From the NCBI GenBank assembly GCA_040754455.1, contig JBFMCP010000018.1:1-62009 (forward strand): a stretch of DNA of 62,009 nt, read 5' to 3'. The first letter of the stretch is position 1, and the number at the start of each line of letters is the position of its first letter. Of this stretch, positions 20,072 to 30,719 are shown piece after piece. This DNA is from Nitrospirota bacterium (GTDB lineage: Bacteria; Nitrospirota; Thermodesulfovibrionia; Thermodesulfovibrionales; Dissulfurispiraceae). The translations under genes were made by a program, and so were the position numbers. The notes beneath the pieces are model-generated. The model was not told the DNA's origin and made no database searches. It worked only from the letters and a program-made list of their open reading frames with translations.

Positions 20072-21970
20072 TCAGCGAACCGTCCAGGTATTATAGTGTA
20101 TTTTAATCGATTCTTGGGCTCTTGTAATAACCTTGAATGTCTCTTCAAGCACTTTTCTCTCGAGACCGCTTAATTTCCCCGGATCAATGTAGTTGTCCGG
20201 CGTCCCGCCGTTGTGCATCTGCCCGAACTGGTGGCGCAGTCTGAGAGCCATGAGAAACTCAAAGGCCTGCTCCAGTTCATTGCAGAGTTCTGCAACAGCA
20301 CAGCGGGTGTCCCGCAGCTCCCTCAGCCGGGTCAGCGTCGAGGTGGCAGGGACTCCACGCTCGAGCGCAAAAAGCCTTGCCGTATCGACAATATAGCTCA
20401 GCCCGTTTGTTTTAATGTCAATGGTGTTCTTGTGAGCACCGCTCTTCTCGACGACAAGCGTTTTCCAGAAGCTGAGCGGCGGTCTGCTCTGGGATATCTT
20501 CCCTGCCATATGCGCAAAGAACAAAGGCCGGCTTTTCAGTATGGTGCCGAGATACGCCCTCAAGCGCTCCGCCAATGTGATATCGCCGTAGACCGGCCTG
20601 AAGTCAAAGAAGATGAGCGAAGAGAGGACCGCCTCGGGTGTCGGCGCCGTGATCCATTCCGAAAAGTACCTCCTCCAGACACTTAATGGCTGCTGCCACC
20701 GCGGATTGCTCGCCATGTATCCGGCAGGGCAGGGCGCAAATCCGCACTTTACCAGGGCCTCGTTTATGTAGTGGGCAAACCGCGCAAAGTATGCCTTCAC
20801 CTCCTCCGCACCGGCTTGAGGGTCATCGTAGATGATGGCATTGTCCTGGTCGGTCCTGAACGTCTGCTCCTTTCTCCCTTCGCTGCCGAAAGCGATCCAG
20901 CAAAAGGGGACAGGGGGCCTTCCGAACTTCCGCTCGGCGATTTCGAGCACTTTTCTCACCAGTCGATCATTGATTTCGGTAATTATTCTGGTGATAGTGC
21001 TTGCCTTTGCCTCTTCCTGCACGAGTACGGTTATCGTCTTGTCTATTCTCCTCGATACGGGAATGAGCCCCTCGATGGATTTCTGCAGTTCTATCTCGCG
21101 TACGATCGCAAGGGGCGATGCACCCTGCATCAGCATAAGGTCATGGCTGGTGATCATTCCGCGTATATCTCCCCTGTCGATCACGAGCAGGTGGTGTATG
21201 TTGTAGCGGATCATCTTGAGGAGCGCCTCGAAGCAAAAATCCCGGGCCTCAGATTTGATCAGCGTAGCGCTCATGATCGCGCTCACTGCCTCGCCGACAT
21301 CCCTGCCTTTTGCCACTACCTTGTTCCTGAGGTCTTTGTCGGTGACGATCCCTGCCGGGAAATTATCTTCATCAAGGAGGACGAGCGAGCTCACGTTATG
21401 CCGGAACATCATTTCGGCGGCTTCCCTTATCGGAATGTTCTGCGGTGCGGTGACGATCTCTTTCGAGATGAGATCGTCGAGAGCGACCGTGAACAGCAGC
21501 TTGTCCCCGCCGCCGCAGAGCAGATTTCTGTCCTGTATCTCTCGATACACGGTATTGATGAAATGCTTGACGAAATAGTTCAGGTAAAATGCGGAGAATG
21601 CCGCATTGGTCGCGATGAGGTTGAGGACCGTCTTTTTATCGATGAGATAGCATGTCGTATCCTCGGCTGCAACGACCGTGCCTCTGGATATATCGCCGCT
21701 TACCAGAGAGAGGAGCCCGAAGGAATCGCCTGCGCCCAGATGCTCGATAAAGATATCCTCGCCCTCGCCGGTCCGGATGATGACTTTCACTCCTCCCTTC
21801 CGGATGATGCTCAACGCATCAACTGCGGGTCCTCCCTGACGGAGAATGATATGCTCTTTGGGATGGAATTCTATCGAAACGGCGCCTGCTACTGCGGTGA
21901 GGGTCGTGTCATCAAGCAGGGTAAAAGGAGGAGTGTTTCTGAAAAACTCAACGATCTCTTCAACGATCAT
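20072..21970 (-). CDS. cNMP-binding / CBS-pair / DUF294 putative nucleotidyltransferase (copy 2)
   Basis: Same length and motifs as 16537-18435 (GSEGRKEQTFRTDQDNAI). Confidence 0.92.
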   Translation of the reverse strand: MIVEEIVEFFRNTPPFTLLDDTTLTAVAGAVSIEFHPKEHIILRQGGPAVDALSIIRKGGVKVIIRTGEGEDIFIEHLGAGDSFGLLSLVSGDISRGTVVAAEDTTCYLIDKKTVLNLIATNAAFSAFYLNYFVKHFINTVYREIQDRNLLCGGGDKLLFTVALDDLISKEIVTAPQNIPIREAAEMMFRHNVSSLVLLDEDNFPAGIVTDKDLRNKVVAKGRDVGEAVSAIMSATLIKSEARDFCFEALLKMIRYNIHHLLVIDRGDIRGMITSHDLMLMQGASPLAIVREIELQKSIEGLIPVSRRIDKTITVLVQEEAKASTITRIITEINDRLVRKVLEIAERKFGRPPVPFCWIAFGSEGRKEQTFRTDQDNAIIYDDPQAGAEEVKAYFARFAHYINEALVKCGFAPCPAGYMASNPRWQQPLSVWRRYFSEWITAPTPEAVLSSLIFFDFRPVYGDITLAERLRAYLGTILKSRPLFFAHMAGKISQSRPPLSFWKTLVVEKSGAHKNTIDIKTNGLSYIVDTARLFALERGVPATSTLTRLRELRDTRCAVAELCNELEQAFEFLMALRLRHQFGQMHNGGTPDNYIDPGKLSGLERKVLEETFKVITRAQESIKIHYNTWTVR

Positions 21971-22037
21971 GTAATCATATCAGGGCATGGCGTCCGCAGC
22001 CGGACCGAACCTGTCCCTCTGTAGCAGTTCCTGTGGA

Positions 22038-22409
22038 TCAACTGCTTCCCTTTGAAAGGGCCTTCCTCACCGTCCGTTTCATTTCATCGTGCATGAGGGG
22101 CTTTATGATGAAATCGCACGCGCCAGCCTTGAGTGACTCGACTGCTGTCTCGAGCGAGGCATATGCCGTCATAATGATCACTTTCTGTTCAGGGTTTTGT
22201 TCCTTGTATCGGGATAATAATTCAATGCCGCTGATGCCGGGAAGAATGATGTCGGTGATGATGAGATCGTAGCTACTCTCCTTGAGGAGTTCAAGGGCGG
22301 CTTCGGCGCTGCCGGCGATATCGACCTCGTATCCCTCTCTGGTGAACACTCTCCTCAAAGATTCACAGAGAGTATCTTCATCCTCGACGATGAGTAGCCG
22401 CTCAGTCAT
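22038..22409 (-). CDS. Single-domain response regulator
   Basis: REC domain only; closely similar to the REC domain of 18674-20020. Confidence 0.9.
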   Translation of the reverse strand: MTERLLIVEDEDTLCESLRRVFTREGYEVDIAGSAEAALELLKESSYDLIITDIILPGISGIELLSRYKEQNPEQKVIIMTAYASLETAVESLKAGACDFIIKPLMHDEMKRTVRKALSKGSS

Positions 22410-25353
22410 GGTGCTCCAGAGGAAGGTGTATCACAAACGTCGTCCCCTCGCCTTTTTTGCTCTTTACGGTAATGGTGCCGTTATGTTCCTTAATTATACC
22501 ATAGCATATACTGAGGCCTAAGCCCGTTCCTTTCCCCAGGGGCTTGGTGGTGAAGAAGGGGTCGAAGATCCTGTCCATGACCGCTTCATCGATGCCGGCG
22601 CCGGTATCGCTGAAGACGATCTCCACACCGTTGCCGGCCCTTCGTATCGCGATCGACAGGTTCCCGCCCTCAGGCATTGCATCGAGGGCATTGAGCAGGA
22701 GATTCAAAAAGACCTGCTGTATCTGGTCGGGATTGAGCGTCAGCGGCTGGACATCTTCAATATCAGCAGAGAATTGAATTTTCTTGAACCGCTTGTCATA
22801 CTTCACCAGATTAACGGTGCGGTCGAGGATTTCAGTAATGTTGCTTGTCTTCTTTTCCGTCGATGAAATTCGTGCAAAGTCCCCGAGGCTCCGCACAATC
22901 CGTGCAATCCTCTCGATATTGCTGTTGATGGTCTTCAATGCCTCGCCGGTGAATGCAATATCCTCTCCGTTATCCAGCCGCAATGTCCTCAGCTCCTGAA
23001 CCAGCGATGAAATCGAGGCAAGGGGATTGCCGATTTCGTGAGAGATGCCGGCAGTCAGCTTGCCGATGCTTGCAAGTTTTGTTGCCTGCAGCAGCTGCTC
23101 CTCCATTTTCTTCTTCTCGGTGATATCTTCGAGAACGACAACATACCCGCCGGACGGGTCCTTGAAGGGGCTGATGTTGATCTTGAGCGTCCGCTGCGCC
23201 GGCGTTTGGAAGACCGTCTCGTGCTGCTCGCTCTGCAGTAAGATGCTGCCCGGTATCCAGGGAAGCAGGATGATAATGGATTGGCTGTATGCCTCGGCCT
23301 TTTTGACGCCTGTGATGCTCTCCATCCCTCTGTTCCAGTAGTTCACCCTGAGTAGTGTGTCGATCGTCGCGATGCCGATCGGCACGCTCTCTATAATATT
23401 TTCGCTGAACTCCTTGAGATAGGAGAGCTCCCTGTTCGCTGCCGCCAGCTCCTGGCGCGAATATCTGAGGCTCTCGGTAATGTTCTTGATCGCCCCCGAA
23501 AGCTCGCCTCGCTCCTTTTCGGTGAGCACCAGCTTGTTCTCAAAGATAATGGCGGCCATCGAAGAGCCTATGGCGCCGGCAAGGACCTTCTCGGCCTCAT
23601 GCCGCAGCTCAAAGAGCTCCTGGGGAGTCAGCTCATCCCTCTTTTTCCTCTTTCTTATAAGAAAGCTCTCGATCGCCTCCCGTGCCTCTACCCTTCCGAG
23701 ACATTGGGTAAGGACCTCTTCGATATCCTTGGCGCTATACGAGCTGCCGAGAGAGAGTTCCCTTACCTTCTCGTACGATTCCACAAATATGAGTGACTGG
23801 ATCTCCTCTTCTTTGGATTGTTTGGTGAATACGGAGAACCCTGCGTAGAGGAGGAGATTGACCGACATGCTCCAGAAGAGGGAATTTCCCCACTTGCCGA
23901 GGCTCTTCACCCCGAACAGACTGTTGGGATTGCACAGCTCGGAGCTTGTCAGATGTGCAACGAAGCCGATATTTTTTATGATGTCTGCTTCGATCAGCGT
24001 CGGCATAATGAGCGTATAAAACCAGACCGCAAAGCCGCCGATAAGTCCTGCTATCGCTCCCTTCTTATTGCCCTTTTTCCAGTAAAGCCCCAGAAAGAAC
24101 GACGGGGCAAAGAGCGTCACTGCCTCGAATGACCTCAGGCCCATATCCACAAGGCTGTAATATTCACCCACCGAGGTGGTGAAGGAATAGCCGAGAAAGA
24201 TGACCATCAGAATCACCAACCGCTTTATATTGAGTACCACCGCTGGAAAGCGGGGGGCATCGTGGAAATTGATAATGGCCGGCATAACAATGTTGTTCAT
24301 CACCATGGTGCTCAGGGCCAGCGATTCTACGATGACCATCCCCGTTGCCGCTGAAAATCCGCCGATGAAAGCGAGAAGAGAAAGGTAGTGCGCCCCGTTG
24401 TTCAACGGTATGGTCAACACAAAGTAATCGGCACTCTTTTCGCCGAGCAGGAGTCCGCCGAAGGCTATCGGCAGTACGAAAATGTTGATTAGAAAGAGGT
24501 ACAGCGGAAAAAGCCAGGCTGCCTTGGTGATATGGGACTCATCATAATTCTCGACCACCGTCATCTGGAACTGGCGCGGCAGGAACATGATCGCCATCAT
24601 CGAGAGGATGAGGAGCGCAAGCCACTCGGAATAACTGGTGCCGGTGCCAGTGCCGAGAAAGAGGAGTACCGAGTGCTCCGAATCCTTGATCCTGCCGACG
24701 ATATCGCCGAGCCCGTCAAAAAGGCCGAAGGTGACGAAAAGACCGACTGCGAGAAAGGCGATGAGCTTGACGATCGATTCGAAGGCAATAGCAAAAACGA
24801 GTCCGCCGTGGCGTTCCGATGAGTCGAGCCGACGCGCACCGAAGATGATGGCGAAGATGCCGAGAATAACAGTGATGACGACCCCGACCGCAGCGCTCCC
24901 TCCGGGCTCCCCGGAAATGATCGCAAAGGTATGGATGATCGCCTTCATCTGCAGGCCGAGATAGGGGGCGATTCCCACCACTGCCACAATGGTCACCAGA
25001 GCCGAAAGGAGCAGCGACTTGCCGTACCGTGCACCGATGAAGTCGGAAATGGTGGTGATCCTGTGTGTCTTTGCAGTCCGTACTATTTTCTTCAGCACGA
25101 CAAACCAGAGTGCCGCCATGATAGTCGGTCCCAGATAGGTAGTAAGAAAAGACAACCCGGATGTCGCCGCTTTGCCGACGCTCCCGTAGAAGGTCCAGGA
25201 GGTACAATAGACAGCAAGCGACAACGAATAGATGTAGGGATTGTTGACAATGCTCCTGCCCTTCCGCTCTTTCCGTTCGGCATGGTATGCCACAGCAAAG
25301 AGGAGAAGAAGATAGCAGAGGACGACAACGAGGAGATTATACGAAGTAAGCAC
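22402..25353 (-). CDS. Sodium:solute symporter-fused sensor histidine kinase (CbrA/CrbS-like)
   Basis: SLSLAVYCTSWTFYGSVG and LPRQFQM SSS region, then PAS, HEIGNPL and N/G boxes ([16 protein letters not shown]). Confidence 0.93.
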   Translation of the reverse strand: MLTSYNLLVVVLCYLLLLFAVAYHAERKERKGRSIVNNPYIYSLSLAVYCTSWTFYGSVGKAATSGLSFLTTYLGPTIMAALWFVVLKKIVRTAKTHRITTISDFIGARYGKSLLLSALVTIVAVVGIAPYLGLQMKAIIHTFAIISGEPGGSAAVGVVITVILGIFAIIFGARRLDSSERHGGLVFAIAFESIVKLIAFLAVGLFVTFGLFDGLGDIVGRIKDSEHSVLLFLGTGTGTSYSEWLALLILSMMAIMFLPRQFQMTVVENYDESHITKAAWLFPLYLFLINIFVLPIAFGGLLLGEKSADYFVLTIPLNNGAHYLSLLAFIGGFSAATGMVIVESLALSTMVMNNIVMPAIINFHDAPRFPAVVLNIKRLVILMVIFLGYSFTTSVGEYYSLVDMGLRSFEAVTLFAPSFFLGLYWKKGNKKGAIAGLIGGFAVWFYTLIMPTLIEADIIKNIGFVAHLTSSELCNPNSLFGVKSLGKWGNSLFWSMSVNLLLYAGFSVFTKQSKEEEIQSLIFVESYEKVRELSLGSSYSAKDIEEVLTQCLGRVEAREAIESFLIRKRKKRDELTPQELFELRHEAEKVLAGAIGSSMAAIIFENKLVLTEKERGELSGAIKNITESLRYSRQELAAANRELSYLKEFSENIIESVPIGIATIDTLLRVNYWNRGMESITGVKKAEAYSQSIIILLPWIPGSILLQSEQHETVFQTPAQRTLKINISPFKDPSGGYVVVLEDITEKKKMEEQLLQATKLASIGKLTAGISHEIGNPLASISSLVQELRTLRLDNGEDIAFTGEALKTINSNIERIARIVRSLGDFARISSTEKKTSNITEILDRTVNLVKYDKRFKKIQFSADIEDVQPLTLNPDQIQQVFLNLLLNALDAMPEGGNLSIAIRRAGNGVEIVFSDTGAGIDEAVMDRIFDPFFTTKPLGKGTGLGLSICYGIIKEHNGTITVKSKKGEGTTFVIHLPLEHHD

Positions 25354-25595
25354 TACTTGATTTCAGGACGGGAAGTGCGGGGGGCCGGGGATTGAGCCCC
25401 CTTCCCTTCCGGACTTCCCTGTCTCTGATGGTTATTCTGTTTATAAGCAACAACGGCAATGAAGACGATGAAGAGCAGCCAGAACGAAAAGAGATAGCCC
25501 GCCTCCTCGGTATGGAAAATCTCCAAAAGGGGCCAGTTGAGCCCCAGGAGCCCGATGATAAAGAGAAATATCCAGAGTTCGGCGTTACCTCTCAA
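25353..25595 (-). CDS. Small two-TM membrane protein coupled to the SSS kinase (CbrX-like)
   Basis: [18 protein letters not shown]...[14 protein letters not shown]; overlaps the gyrA stop and the kinase start. Confidence 0.7.
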   Translation of the reverse strand: MRGNAELWIFLFIIGLLGLNWPLLEIFHTEEAGYLFSFWLLFIVFIAVVAYKQNNHQRQGSPEGKGAQSPAPRTSRPEIK

Positions 25596-28009
25596 TCTTC
25601 CACTACTCTTCCGACGCTCACGATCCTGTCTTCAGGGTCCAGGTCCATGAGTTTGACGCCCTGCGTGTTTCTTCCCAGCACCGATATATTGCGTGCCAGT
25701 ATCCGTATCAGTTTTCCGCCGTTGGTGATCAGCACGACTTCATCTTCGTCCTTCACCTGGATAAGGCCGACCGCCTTGCCACCCTTTTCGACGACCTTGA
25801 TCGAGATGACGCCTTTGCCGCCACGGCCATGCACCGGGTATTCCTCGATCTTCGTTCTCTTGCCGAGGCCCTTCTCCGTTACCGTAAGGAGCGTTACGTT
25901 CTCTCCTTCAATGACATTGGCGGAAACGACCTCGTCGTTCTTCGAGAGCCGTATGCCGATCACGCCCCGTGCAGTCCTGCCGACTGCCCTGACATCTTCT
26001 TCGTTGAACCGTGCCGCGAGGCCGCTCTTCGTGCCGATGATGATATCGTTGTTGCCGGAAGTCCGCTTTACCGCAATCAGCTCGTCGCCCGGATCGAGCG
26101 ATACGGCGATGATGCCCTTCGACCTCGGATTGCTGTACTCTTCGAGCTTGGTCTTTTTTACGATACCCGCCTTGGTGAACATCACCAGGTAGCCTTCTTT
26201 GAAGTCCTTGACATTGATCGCTGTGGTGATCCGTTCGCCCTCCGAGAGGGGCAGGAGGTTGACCATGGCCTTGCCCTTTGCCGAGCGGCCCGCCTCGGGG
26301 ATCTGGTAGATCTTCAGCCAGTAGAGCCTGCCCATGTTGCTGAAGAAGAGCATGTAATCATGGGTAGAGCCGATAAAGAGCTGCTCGACATAATCCTCTT
26401 CTCTCGTCTCCATGCCGGTGAGCCCTTTGCCACCGCGGCGCTGGCTCCGGTAGATCGAGAGCGGGTTTCTCTTGATATAGCCGTTGTGGGAGACGGTGAT
26501 CACCATCTCCTCTTCGGTGATGAGGTCCTCGATGGTAAGATCCGCCGTTGCTGCAACGATCTCAGTCCTCCGCTCGTCGGCGTATTTTTCCTTGATCTCT
26601 TGAAGTTCTTTCTTGATGATCTTCGAGACAAGTGCCTCGCTGCCGAGAATGGCCTTCAACCGCTCGATCTCTTTCAACGTATCTTCGTATTCCTTGATGA
26701 TCTTGTCGCGCTCGAGGCCGGTCAGTCTCTGGAGCTTCATATCCAGAATGGCCTGTGCCTGAATTGCCGAAAGCGGATACTTGGTCATCAAGCCGGTCTT
26801 CGCTTCATCCGGCGTCTTTGAGTTCCTGATCAGGCTGATGATCGCATCAAGGTGATCGAGGGCGATCTTGAGTCCCTCCAGGATATGGGCTTTTTCTTCA
26901 GCCTTCCTCAGCTCGAACCGTGTCCTGCGCAGGACCACGTCTCTCCGGTGCTGCAGGAAGTAGCTGAGCATCCGTTTCAAGGTAAGGATATGCGGCTGGC
27001 CGCCCACGAGGGCAAGCATAATCACGCCGAAGGTGGACTCCATTGCCGTATGTTTGTAGAGGTTGTTCAGGATGACTTGGCCGACCTCTCCGCGCTTTAC
27101 TTCGAGCACCACTCTGATGCCGTCGCGGTCGGATTCGTCGCGGATGTCTGAAATACCCTCTATCTTTTTCTCGCGGACCAGCTCAGCGATCTTTTCGATG
27201 AGCCGCGCCTTGTTGACCTGGTAGGGCAGCTCGGTGATGATGATGCTCTCGTGTCCCTTCGCATCCCGCTCGATAAGGGCCTTTGCCCTCACCTTGATCA
27301 TGCCTCTGCCGTGGGTATAGGCATTCACAATGCCCTCAGTGCCGTGAATGATAGCGCCTGTCGGGAAGTCAGGGCCTTTGATCGATTGCATCAGATCGGT
27401 AACCGTCACCTCGGGATTATCGAGGAGCATGATCAGGCCGTCGACGACCTCGCCGAGATTGTGTGGAGGAATGTTGGTCGCCATACCGACCGCGATTCCT
27501 GCCGAGCCATTGATGAGGAGATTGGGAATCCTCGTCGGCAGCACGACCGGCTCTTCGGTCGTCTCGTCGAAATTAGGGGTGAAGTCGACCGTCTCTTTAT
27601 CGATATCGGCAAGCAGCTCCTCGGCGATCTTTGCCAGCCGCGCTTCGGTATACCGGTAGGCTGCTGCAGGGTCGCCGTCGATAGAGCCGAAGTTGCCCTG
27701 TCCGTCGACCAGCATGTAGCGCATATTGAAATCCTGCGCCAGACGGACCATGGCGTCATAGACTGCGGAGTCGCCGTGCGGATGGTACTTTTTCAGGACC
27801 TCGCCGACCACACCGGCGCTTTTTGAATACTTTTTTGAAGGGAGGAGTCCTTCTCTGAACATAGCATAAAGGATTCTCCTCTGGACCGGCTTGAGCCCGT
27901 CCCGTACCTCAGGCAGCGCCCTCCCAATGATAACGCTCATGGCGTAATCGAGGTAGCTTACCTTCATCTCTTCTTCTATACTAATAGATGCTTTCGCTGC
28001 TGCGGACAT
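25592..28009 (-). CDS. gyrA: DNA gyrase subunit A
   Basis: [33 protein letters not shown], GyrA-box QRRGGKG. Confidence 0.98.
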   Translation of the reverse strand: MSAAAKASISIEEEMKVSYLDYAMSVIIGRALPEVRDGLKPVQRRILYAMFREGLLPSKKYSKSAGVVGEVLKKYHPHGDSAVYDAMVRLAQDFNMRYMLVDGQGNFGSIDGDPAAAYRYTEARLAKIAEELLADIDKETVDFTPNFDETTEEPVVLPTRIPNLLINGSAGIAVGMATNIPPHNLGEVVDGLIMLLDNPEVTVTDLMQSIKGPDFPTGAIIHGTEGIVNAYTHGRGMIKVRAKALIERDAKGHESIIITELPYQVNKARLIEKIAELVREKKIEGISDIRDESDRDGIRVVLEVKRGEVGQVILNNLYKHTAMESTFGVIMLALVGGQPHILTLKRMLSYFLQHRRDVVLRRTRFELRKAEEKAHILEGLKIALDHLDAIISLIRNSKTPDEAKTGLMTKYPLSAIQAQAILDMKLQRLTGLERDKIIKEYEDTLKEIERLKAILGSEALVSKIIKKELQEIKEKYADERRTEIVAATADLTIEDLITEEEMVITVSHNGYIKRNPLSIYRSQRRGGKGLTGMETREEDYVEQLFIGSTHDYMLFFSNMGRLYWLKIYQIPEAGRSAKGKAMVNLLPLSEGERITTAINVKDFKEGYLVMFTKAGIVKKTKLEEYSNPRSKGIIAVSLDPGDELIAVKRTSGNNDIIIGTKSGLAARFNEEDVRAVGRTARGVIGIRLSKNDEVVSANVIEGENVTLLTVTEKGLGKRTKIEEYPVHGRGGKGVISIKVVEKGGKAVGLIQVKDEDEVVLITNGGKLIRILARNISVLGRNTQGVKLMDLDPEDRIVSVGRVVED

Positions 28010-28281
28010 GCATTAACCTCTCTTTTCGCTGAATTGTTTTATTTTAACATACTTTCATAGAGTTATGCCCGATTTCAGTCCCCAAGTTCAGGGGAGATGT
28101 TCACTTTTCAACACGTTGTTTTTAGGCGGTTTCTCACCACTGCTTTCTTCAACAAACCATTGCACCTTCAACAAAGGCGATAGTGAAGTTTTTACCGTGC
28201 TTGAGCAATGTCTCAAATAACCTTATGGGTTACTAAGTCAAAGTTTGTTCTTTAGCTCACATAATTCATAAATTTAGCCTT

Positions 28282-28464
28282 GGAGAGGACAGGATATAGT
28301 GCTGAAGCGGCTTCGACAGCCCGAGCGAAGCCCCAATCATATGGTAGATGAGAGGGGCCCCGGAAAGTCGGAGACTTTTCGGGGCAATAGAGCGGGCTGT
28401 CTTCCTCGGAGGCAAACTGGATGTTTGCCGAGAATGAGCAGAAGCACGGGGTCCTGTCCTCTCC
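28282..28464. repeat. Structured intergenic element (MITE/REP-like or ncRNA), copy A
   Basis: 13-bp terminal IR GGAGAGGACAGGA/TCCTGTCCTCTCC enclosing GACAGCCCG/CGGGCTGTC and CTCGG/CCGAG stems; core shared with 40838-41034. Confidence 0.6.
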
Positions 28465-28600
28465 TGCACAGTCAATGAATAAATGTGTTAGAAAAACCTA
28501 TGCAGACTGATAGCTTATAAAACTTTCTCGGAACAGCTCTCCTTTTCATACTATGGTTATGTACAAAACATCCCTTTCTATCTGAGTTATAATTCTTTAT

Positions 28601-29332
28601 ATGGACATTATCGCCGCCAAAGGCCTGGTAAAGGAATACGGCTCCTTCCGGGCTGTTGACAATATAGATTTTGCAATTTCCAAAGGTGAGTGCTTCGGAT
28701 TTCTCGGCCCGAACGGCGCCGGCAAAACCACGGTCATGCGCATCATCCATTGCTTCATGCCGCCGACTGCCGGCAAAGTAAAAGTTTTTGATATGGATGT
28801 GACCGAAAAGCCGAGTGAAATAAAGGCCTGCATCGGCGTCATGCCGCAGGAGGTCAATCTCGATCCCGATCTTGGGGTTCTCGAAAACCTGATCGTCTAT
28901 GCCCGCTATTTCGATATCCCGAAGAAGGTCTCCGTCCCCCTTGCCTGGGAGCTGCTCGATTTCGTCGAATTGCGGGAGAAATCTTCGGCAAAGATCGAGA
29001 GCCTCTCTGGAGGTATGAAGCACCGGCTGCTCCTCGCCCGCTCGCTGGTGAACAGCCCCGATCTGCTGGTGCTCGACGAGCCGACCACCGGCCTTGACCC
29101 GCACAGCAGGCGGGCGGTGTGGGACAAGCTCAATCAGTTAAAAGCAAAAGGAACAACCCTGCTTCTGACAACACATTATATGGAGGAAGCGGAACGCCTC
29201 TGTGATAGGGTCGCGATCATGGATACGGGAAAGATCGTCACCATCGACTCGCCGCAGCACCTCATAAACATACATGGCGGCAACCTTGAAGAAGTTTATT
29301 TGAAGATCACCGGGAGGAGCCTTGCGGATTAA
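28601..29332 (+). CDS. ABC transporter ATP-binding protein (NodI-like)
   Basis: GPNGAGKTT, LSGGM, LDEPTTGLD, TTHYMEEA. Confidence 0.95.
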   Translation: MDIIAAKGLVKEYGSFRAVDNIDFAISKGECFGFLGPNGAGKTTVMRIIHCFMPPTAGKVKVFDMDVTEKPSEIKACIGVMPQEVNLDPDLGVLENLIVYARYFDIPKKVSVPLAWELLDFVELREKSSAKIESLSGGMKHRLLLARSLVNSPDLLVLDEPTTGLDPHSRRAVWDKLNQLKAKGTTLLLTTHYMEEAERLCDRVAIMDTGKIVTIDSPQHLINIHGGNLEEVYLKITGRSLAD

Positions 29333-30071
29333 ACGGGCGTTCAGAGTTTGGCAACGCCACTTTTCAGTGTATACAAAGCTCTACAAATCGAGCTTTGCCC
29401 TGAACTTTGCCGAGCCGATCCTCTATCTCACCGCTATGGGCTTCGGCCTCGGCGCCTTCGTCACCGAGATCAGGGGAATGCCGTATATCAATTACATAGC
29501 CCCCGGCATCATCGCCTCCTCATCCATGTTCGCCGCCATCTATGAATGTACGTACGGAACGTTCGTCAGGATGGCCTTCCAGAAGACCTTCGATGCCATT
29601 CTCGCAACGCCGGTCGGTATCGACGACCTTGTCGCCGGTGAAATGATGTGGGGCGCAACCAAAAGTATTCTCTACGGAACCACGATCATCATCGTCATCT
29701 CGTTGTTCGGACTCGTCGCCTCCCCGCTAATCGCCCTCGTCATCCCTCTCCTCTTTGTTACCGGATTGATCTTCGCGGAGATATCACTCATCTTTGTCGC
29801 GAAAGTACCCGGCATCGATTCCTTCAATTACTTTTATACTCTCTTCATGACACCTATGTTCCTCTTCTCTGGCATCTTTTTCCCCATCGATACCCTGCCG
29901 CCTGCAGTCGCAAAAATCGCGTTCTTCACGCCTCTTTACCACCTGGTAAACATCTGCAGAGCTTTCGCTTTGGGGAATGTGGCAGTGTGGGATATTGTGT
30001 GGATCCTTGTTGTTGCGGGCTTGCTTGCGCCCTACCCTTTCAGGCTCATGCGGAAAAGAATACTGAAGTAA
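29322..30071 (+). CDS. ABC-2 type permease (NodJ-like)
   Basis: About 6 TM segments; TPMFLFSGIFFP, TPLYHLV. Confidence 0.92.
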   Translation: MRIKRAFRVWQRHFSVYTKLYKSSFALNFAEPILYLTAMGFGLGAFVTEIRGMPYINYIAPGIIASSSMFAAIYECTYGTFVRMAFQKTFDAILATPVGIDDLVAGEMMWGATKSILYGTTIIIVISLFGLVASPLIALVIPLLFVTGLIFAEISLIFVAKVPGIDSFNYFYTLFMTPMFLFSGIFFPIDTLPPAVAKIAFFTPLYHLVNICRAFALGNVAVWDIVWILVVAGLLAPYPFRLMRKRILK

Positions 30072-30178
30072 ATCCGAAATTTTAAACTCGAAACAATTCT
30101 AAATTCAAATGAACAAAACTGTTACGAATTTTGAGCATTCGAATTTGTTCGGATTTAGAATTTCGAATTTAGGATTTG
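30070..30178. repeat. AT-rich ~7-mer-periodic imperfect palindrome between convergent genes
   Basis: AAATCCG/AAATTTT/AAACTCG...AAATTC arm and the mirrored GAATTTG/GGATTTA/GAATTTC/GAATTTA arm. Confidence 0.6.
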
Positions 30179-30182
30179 ACGA

Positions 30183-30719
30183 TCAGTCAAAGAGGTCGTT
30201 TCGTATACCGTCGCGGCGCATACGCTCGACAGACGGAATGAGGTGTATATAAGCGAACACCTTCTCGCCCCTGAAGGAATAATCGATATCAAGAACATCC
30301 TGAAAGCCATAGCTGAAGGACATATAGAGCGGCCGCATTTCGTAGCCGACAAGCCGCCCTTGCGGATCGACGATCCTGCTCAATTGTGAGCGTGAAAAGT
30401 CGCTATGCCAGCTGATGAAGTGATACGCGGCATCAAGCGCCTGTTTCGCCGGTACGCCTTGTCGTATTGAATAATCAAACGTCGGCGCATAGGGTTCAAT
30501 GACATACCCGTCACCTTCTTTATCGAGAAAAGCTACGGTTTCTATGTCATCACCATGCCTGCCTCCGTACAGTACAAGCGTGTAGGTCCCCGTCACCTCT
30601 TCGGGAGGGGCAAGCTGCTGCGCCACCCCGCGCTGTGACTGAAGTCCTACACCTACAGCACAGCCGGAGAGCAGTGACAGCACGACAAGAAGAATAATGA
30701 TTCCAGCTCGACCTCTCAT
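30183..30719 (-). CDS. Hypothetical lipoprotein
   Basis: Lipobox LLSGC after a hydrophobic signal. Confidence 0.8.
   Translation of the reverse strand: MRGRAGIIILLVVLSLLSGCAVGVGLQSQRGVAQQLAPPEEVTGTYTLVLYGGRHGDDIETVAFLDKEGDGYVIEPYAPTFDYSIRQGVPAKQALDAAYHFISWHSDFSRSQLSRIVDPQGRLVGYEMRPLYMSFSYGFQDVLDIDYSFRGEKVFAYIHLIPSVERMRRDGIRNDLFD

Noticed and set aside
28282..28464. 6S RNA or a known self-cleaving ribozyme
   Set aside because: The length fits 6S, but the fold is multi-branched rather than a rod with a central bubble, a related copy exists elsewhere, and no hammerhead core (CUGANGA/GAAA) is correctly placed.
28010..28600. Replication origin near gyrA
   Set aside because: The region is AT-rich but has only 2-mismatch DnaA-box-like words (e.g. 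TTATGTACA), and no dnaA or dnaN is nearby.
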